Assembly (NCBI GenBank): GCA_963851265.1
Contig: CAWKNZ010000008.1
Location: 96,001 to 160,000 of the forward strand
Reading direction: 5' to 3'
DNA: 64,000 bases
Source: an uncultured Gemmatimonadales bacterium
GTDB taxonomy: Bacteria > Gemmatimonadota > Gemmatimonadetes > Gemmatimonadales > Gemmatimonadaceae
Part shown: piece by piece, positions 60,209 through 64,000 of the stretch
Position numbering within the stretch: the first letter of the stretch is position 1
Layout: each line of letters begins with the position of its first letter
The notes under the pieces: model-generated
What the model was told of the DNA's origin: nothing
Database searches by the model: none
The model's input: the letters and a program-made list of their open reading frames with translations, nothing else
Program-made: the position numbers and the translations under genes

Positions 60209-60355
60209 CGCCGGGCGGCGGGTGGGTCGGGCGGCGAGCGCACCCGACGGAGGGCGCGGCAGGCGGGCGCGGGCGCACGGGTCTTGCACGCGCCGACGGC
60301 GTGCGCGGGGGCGCCCCGCGAGTCCGCGCCGCCACCATCTTCACATAAAAGCGTC

Positions 60356-60526
60356 ATGACAACAAACCAGCAGTACGGCGTCACGTACTTTGCCGTCGGC
60401 ACGGCGATGATCGCCTTCTACGGATTCACCTGGTACCGCCGACAGCCCCTCACGTTGATGCTCGTCATGGGGATCCTCTGCTTGGGGATGGGCGTGCTGC
60501 GCTACTTCGCCCGCGCACGCCCGTAA
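60356..60526 (+). CDS. Small membrane protein with two TM helices
   Basis: MTTNQQYGVTYFAVGTAMIAFYGFTWYRRQPLTLMLVMGILCLGMGVLRYFARARP. Confidence 0.6.
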   Translation: MTTNQQYGVTYFAVGTAMIAFYGFTWYRRQPLTLMLVMGILCLGMGVLRYFARARP

Positions 60527-60665
60527 TGCGGAGCCGTTAGACGCGCGCCCGTTCGGGGAGGAACGGGCGTGGCGCCGCGACGACGGCCGCCCGCGCGAGC
60601 AGGCCAGGGTGTGACCGGGAAGCACGGTAAGGCGCGCGCGACGTCCGCGGGCGTCCGCGGCGGCG

Positions 60666-60710
60666 GTGTACGAGCGCTTCCGGCGCTGGTCGCGGGCGGG
60701 CGTGTGCCGG
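60666..60710 (+). pseudogene. Possible short IS5-family transposase scar
   Basis: VYERFRRWSRAGVC resembles the IS5-family TVYxRFRRWxxxGVW motif. Confidence 0.3.
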
Positions 60711-61093
60711 GTCGTACGCTGGGGGGAGGCCGCCCGGCCGCATGCCGGCGCGCGACCGCGCCTCGTACCGCCGGTGCAACGTCGTCGGGCGCCTCGCGGC
60801 GCGGCGCACCGAGCGCCGCCCGCTGGTAGGCGCTGCGCGAAGCTCGTGCGACGCGACCTCGCCGTCGGGAAGCCCGCGAGGCTCGCGTGGCACCTCGCGC
60901 TCATCCGACCCGACATACCGCGCCCCGCTGCGCCAGCGTGGGGCGCCGCGGGGGTGAGTCAGTTACTTGCTGAACTGCGCGATCGCGGCCCGCGCGTCCT
61001 GCACGAACAGCTGGCGGAAATCAACCGCACGCCGATTTCCGCTTCGGTAGTACTCACGCGATTCGCGGTGAGGTGCCCCGTACTGGGCACACG

Positions 61094-62392
61094 TCACCGC
61101 TCGGTCGACGGCGCGCCCACCCGCGCACTGGCCGCGCCCGGTTTGAGGTCGTGGTGCCGCAGAAAGTCCATAAACTTCAAATAGTCCCCTTCCGCGATCG
61201 CAAACAGCCCGAGCACCCGCTTGTAACTCCCCCGCGTCGCCACGAGCCCCCGCTCCACCACCAGCCGCACCTCGGCGCGACTCAGCTCGCGCTCCATGTA
61301 CGGCCCGTGCACCAGCTCCCAGAACGTCCCCTCCCCCGCCAGCATCCGCGCGTACGGGTCCGCCCCCGCGGCACCGACGGCCCGCGTGCCGCCCGGCGGC
61401 GTCATCACCGGCACCCCCCGCAGCTCCTCGCTGCACGCCGCCCCCTCCAGCGCCTCGCCGAAGTCCCGGGCCTCGATGGTCGCCCCCTCGCACACGTAGT
61501 AACCCGTGTCGACGAGGCTCCGGAGCTCGCGCACGTTCCCGGGCCACGCGTACCGGCCTAACACCACGAGCGCGTGCGCCGAGAACCGCTTGCGCGACCC
61601 CTCCGCCTTCACCACCCGCTCCAGGTAGTGCTCCAGCACCAGCCGCCAGTCGTCGCCGCGCTCCCGGAGCGACGGCACGCGCACGTGCAGGTGCCGCAGC
61701 CGGTAGTAGAGGTCCGCGCGGAACCTCCCGCTCTCGACCATCGGCCGCAGGTCGCGGCTCGTCGCGGCGACCACCCGCACGTTGATCCGCTTGCTCTGCG
61801 TCGTCCCCACCGACAGGATCTCGCCCTCGCCCAACACGCGCAGCAGCATCGCCTGCGCCGTGACCGAGAGCTCGCCGACCTCGTCGAGGAACACCACCCC
61901 ACCGTCGGCCTCCTCGAACACGCCGCGGTGGTCACCGACGGCGCCCGTGAACGAGCCCTTGCGGTGCCCGAACAGCTCGCTCGCCAGCAGCTGGCCGTCG
62001 TGGTACTGCGCGCAGTTCACGGCGAGGAACGGCTTGCGGCTGCGGCGACTCAGCAGGTAGACCGCCCGGGCGAACAGCTCCTTGCCCGTGCCCGTCTCGC
62101 CCGTCACCAGCACCGGCCCGTCCGCCTCCGCGAAGCGCGCCGCGCGCTCCAGCGCCTGCGTGAGCGTCTCGTGCGACCCCACCACCGACACCTCGCGCGC
62201 CTCACCCCACCGTTCGCGCGACAGCTCGGCGATGCGCCGGCTGACGAACGACGCGGCGGGGGCGTCGGCCGCGCCGCGATCCGCCAACGTGTGCCCCAGT
62301 GCTCCACCGGCCGCCGGACTGTACGCGGCTCCTCCGGCCGTCCCGCCGAGCCCGCGCCGCGTGACGACCGACTGCTCCACCGCACTCATCAT
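61094..62392 (-). CDS. sigma54-dependent enhancer-binding protein with no N-terminal receiver or sensor domain
   Basis: GETGTGKE, SELFGHRKGSFTGA, FLDEVGEL, RFRADLYYRL, WPGNVREL. Confidence 0.93.
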   Translation of the reverse strand: MMSAVEQSVVTRRGLGGTAGGAAYSPAAGGALGHTLADRGAADAPAASFVSRRIAELSRERWGEAREVSVVGSHETLTQALERAARFAEADGPVLVTGETGTGKELFARAVYLLSRRSRKPFLAVNCAQYHDGQLLASELFGHRKGSFTGAVGDHRGVFEEADGGVVFLDEVGELSVTAQAMLLRVLGEGEILSVGTTQSKRINVRVVAATSRDLRPMVESGRFRADLYYRLRHLHVRVPSLRERGDDWRLVLEHYLERVVKAEGSRKRFSAHALVVLGRYAWPGNVRELRSLVDTGYYVCEGATIEARDFGEALEGAACSEELRGVPVMTPPGGTRAVGAAGADPYARMLAGEGTFWELVHGPYMERELSRAEVRLVVERGLVATRGSYKRVLGLFAIAEGDYLKFMDFLRHHDLKPGAASARVGAPSTER

Positions 62393-62523
62393 GTGTCGCT
62401 CCGGATGCCCGCCCGTACGCCAGTGGTGCCGGCGAGCGGGGCCGCGCCGGCGCGTGAGCGGCGGGAGGCCCGCCCTCACGCCCCGACGGTATGGTCGGAC
62501 GCGCGGCCCGCGGACCTCTCCGG

Positions 62524-62653
62524 GACGAGCGGAGCGAACCGCGTGACGGACGGGGTCTGGCGCGTGACCAACGGGCGCGCGGCCCGCGGCGGGCGGTGTG
62601 CCGCCGCCCGAGCCCGGCTGCCGTCCGCTCGTCCGGCCCGGCCTCCGCTCGTC
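62524..62653. promoter_or_regulatory. LytTR/AlgR-like direct-repeat boxes in a divergent intergenic region
   Basis: Minus strand: CCGCTCGTC, CCGTCCGTC, CCGTTGGTC at 62524/62545/62566 (21-bp period). Plus strand: CCGCTCGTC at 62625 and 62645. Confidence 0.6.
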
Positions 62654-62829
62654 ACGCCGCGGGGCGGGTTGGCACATGTGGGACGCGACACCGGCGCCGG
62701 GCGCACCTATCGTCTCGCCCGCCGGACGTCAGGCTACCGGCGCCGGAGCGGTCCCACGTCGCACGGCACCCCCCGAGACTCGCCCCCGCTCGACCCCCCT
62801 CCGACGACCGCCCCGGCGGCAGGTGTCAC

Positions 62830-62916
62830 ATGGAAACGATCCTCCACTGGCTCGGCATCCTGCACGGCGTCATCTCGCCCACACCGGTCCACGCCGACCC
62901 GCCGCCCTCCGCCTAA
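62830..62916 (+). CDS. Putative 28-aa peptide METILHWLGILHGVISPTPVHADPPPSA
   Basis: AGGTG RBS-like sequence, ATG 62830, TAA; coding-like codons. Confidence 0.45.
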   Translation: METILHWLGILHGVISPTPVHADPPPSA

Positions 62917-62997
62917 CCGACGACCCCGGCCGGCGTCCGCGCCGGCCCGCCCGCCGGCCCGAACGACGGCTACGTCGTGGCCGTCACCTCGTCGTCG

Positions 62998-63873
62998 TCA
63001 CGTCGTGAAGTAGAGCCGCTGCTCCAGGCGCTCGCGGTATCGCCGGCTGCACGCCACGCGCGTGCCGTCGTGCAACACCAGATCCACGTCGCCGTGGTCG
63101 CCCGGGTCCACGACCGCGACGCGCGACAGGTTGACGATCGTCGACCGGTGCACGCGCACGAACCGCGACGGGTCGAGCACCTCGCGCTCCAGCGTGGCGA
63201 GCGACTTCGAGACGAGCCGCGGCCGCTTCTGCACGTACACGCGCGAATAGTTGCCGTCCGCCTCGATCCAGTCGACGTCGGCCACGCGCACCACCGCGTA
63301 CTGCGCGCCCGCCCGGATCGCGAGCGCGTCGGGGTAGCGGGGCCGGCCGGGGTTCGCGACGAGCTCGAGCAGCAGCTGCATCCGGGGGTCGGCCGCGAGC
63401 GCGTCCCCGCGCGGCAGTTCCGGCGCGGGCGCCGCGGCGCCTGCCGAGGTCCGGTCGCCGGCCCGGTCCCGGCGCACGGCGAGCTCGCGGCGCACGCGCT
63501 CGAGCGCCTGCAGCAGCCGCCCCGCGTCGAACGGCTTCAGCACGTAGTCGATGGCGCACGCCTCGAACGCGCGCACCGCGAACTCGGAGTACGCCGACGT
63601 GAAGATCACCGGCGGCATGGCCTCCGCCCCGACGCGGCCCACCACCCCGAAACCGTCGAGCCCGGGCATTTGTACGTCGAGCAGCACTAAATCCGGGCGC
63701 GCGGCGCCGATCAGGGCGACCGCGGACTCGCCGTCGCCGCACTCGCCGACGATCTGCACGTCGGGACTCGCGTCGAGCACCTCGCGCGCGCGGCGTCGCG
63801 CGCCGGCGTCGTCGTCGACGATGAGGACGCGGAGGGTCACGTCGGGTCCTGCCGCGGGAAGGGGAGCGGACAC
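62998..63873 (-). CDS. LytR/AlgR family response regulator (REC + LytTR)
   Basis: VLIVDDD, LLDVQMPGLDG, DYVLKP, WIEADGNY, FVRVHRSTIVN. Confidence 0.95.
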   Translation of the reverse strand: MSAPLPAAGPDVTLRVLIVDDDAGARRRAREVLDASPDVQIVGECGDGESAVALIGAARPDLVLLDVQMPGLDGFGVVGRVGAEAMPPVIFTSAYSEFAVRAFEACAIDYVLKPFDAGRLLQALERVRRELAVRRDRAGDRTSAGAAAPAPELPRGDALAADPRMQLLLELVANPGRPRYPDALAIRAGAQYAVVRVADVDWIEADGNYSRVYVQKRPRLVSKSLATLEREVLDPSRFVRVHRSTIVNLSRVAVVDPGDHGDVDLVLHDGTRVACSRRYRERLEQRLYFTT

Positions 63874-63911
63874 GGGGGTGGGCGGAGGCGACGCGGGTGG
63901 CGGACGCGGGA

Positions 63912-63998
63912 TCAGCCGCCGGCCGCGGCCAGCAACGGCGTGGACGCGCCGGGCGGGGCGATGCGGTGATACGGAAGAGTTACGCGCGCGATCGTCCC
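63912..63998 (-). CDS. C-terminal end of a probable LytS-type histidine kinase (5' end outside the window)
   Basis: GTIARVTLPYHRIAPPGASTPLLAAAGG*, resembling an HATPase end, directly upstream of the LytTR regulator. Confidence 0.5.
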   Translation of the reverse strand, partial: GTIARVTLPYHRIAPPGASTPLLAAAGG

Positions 63999-64000
63999 GC

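Noticed and set aside
62669..62685. TTGGCAC as a sigma54 -24 element for the small peptide gene
   Set aside because: No GC at the required 10-nt spacing, and no IHF-like site or UAS nearby.

Overview
Very GC-rich bacterial DNA. Gene content (many eukaryote-like Ser/Thr kinases, VPS10/BNR glycosidases, a TIGR02999-type ECF sigma factor) suggests Gemmatimonadota; this is an inference. Four blocks: (1) 1-19.5 kb, second half of a type VI secretion cluster (hcp, tagJ, tssA/E/F/G, clpV, vgrG, PAAR) followed by Ser/Thr kinases and an ECF43-like sigma/kinase pair. (2) 20-30 kb, a PQQ/cytochrome c dehydrogenase, two paralogous VPS10-like glycosidases and an amidohydrolase. (3) 30.3-33.9 kb, a decayed integron with an intI remnant and five cassettes, including hicAB. 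(4) 36.9-64 kb, a ~27 kb RiPP locus with eight double-glycine precursors of two leader classes, two LanM enzymes (one lacking a cyclase zinc ligand), a LanJ-like Zn dehydrogenase, an NHLP export system, a HExxH protein and a ligand-binding protein. Five promoters in this locus share a sigma54 -24/-12 element (degenerate in one), an IHF-like site and a palindromic UAS at near-constant spacing. A sensor-less sigma54 activator lies next to them behind LytTR/AlgR-type boxes and a LytTR two-component system, which suggests a complete regulatory cascade. The heptamer GTTAGGC/GCCTAAC is strongly over-represented across the window. Several genes carry small frameshifts that may be sequencing errors.
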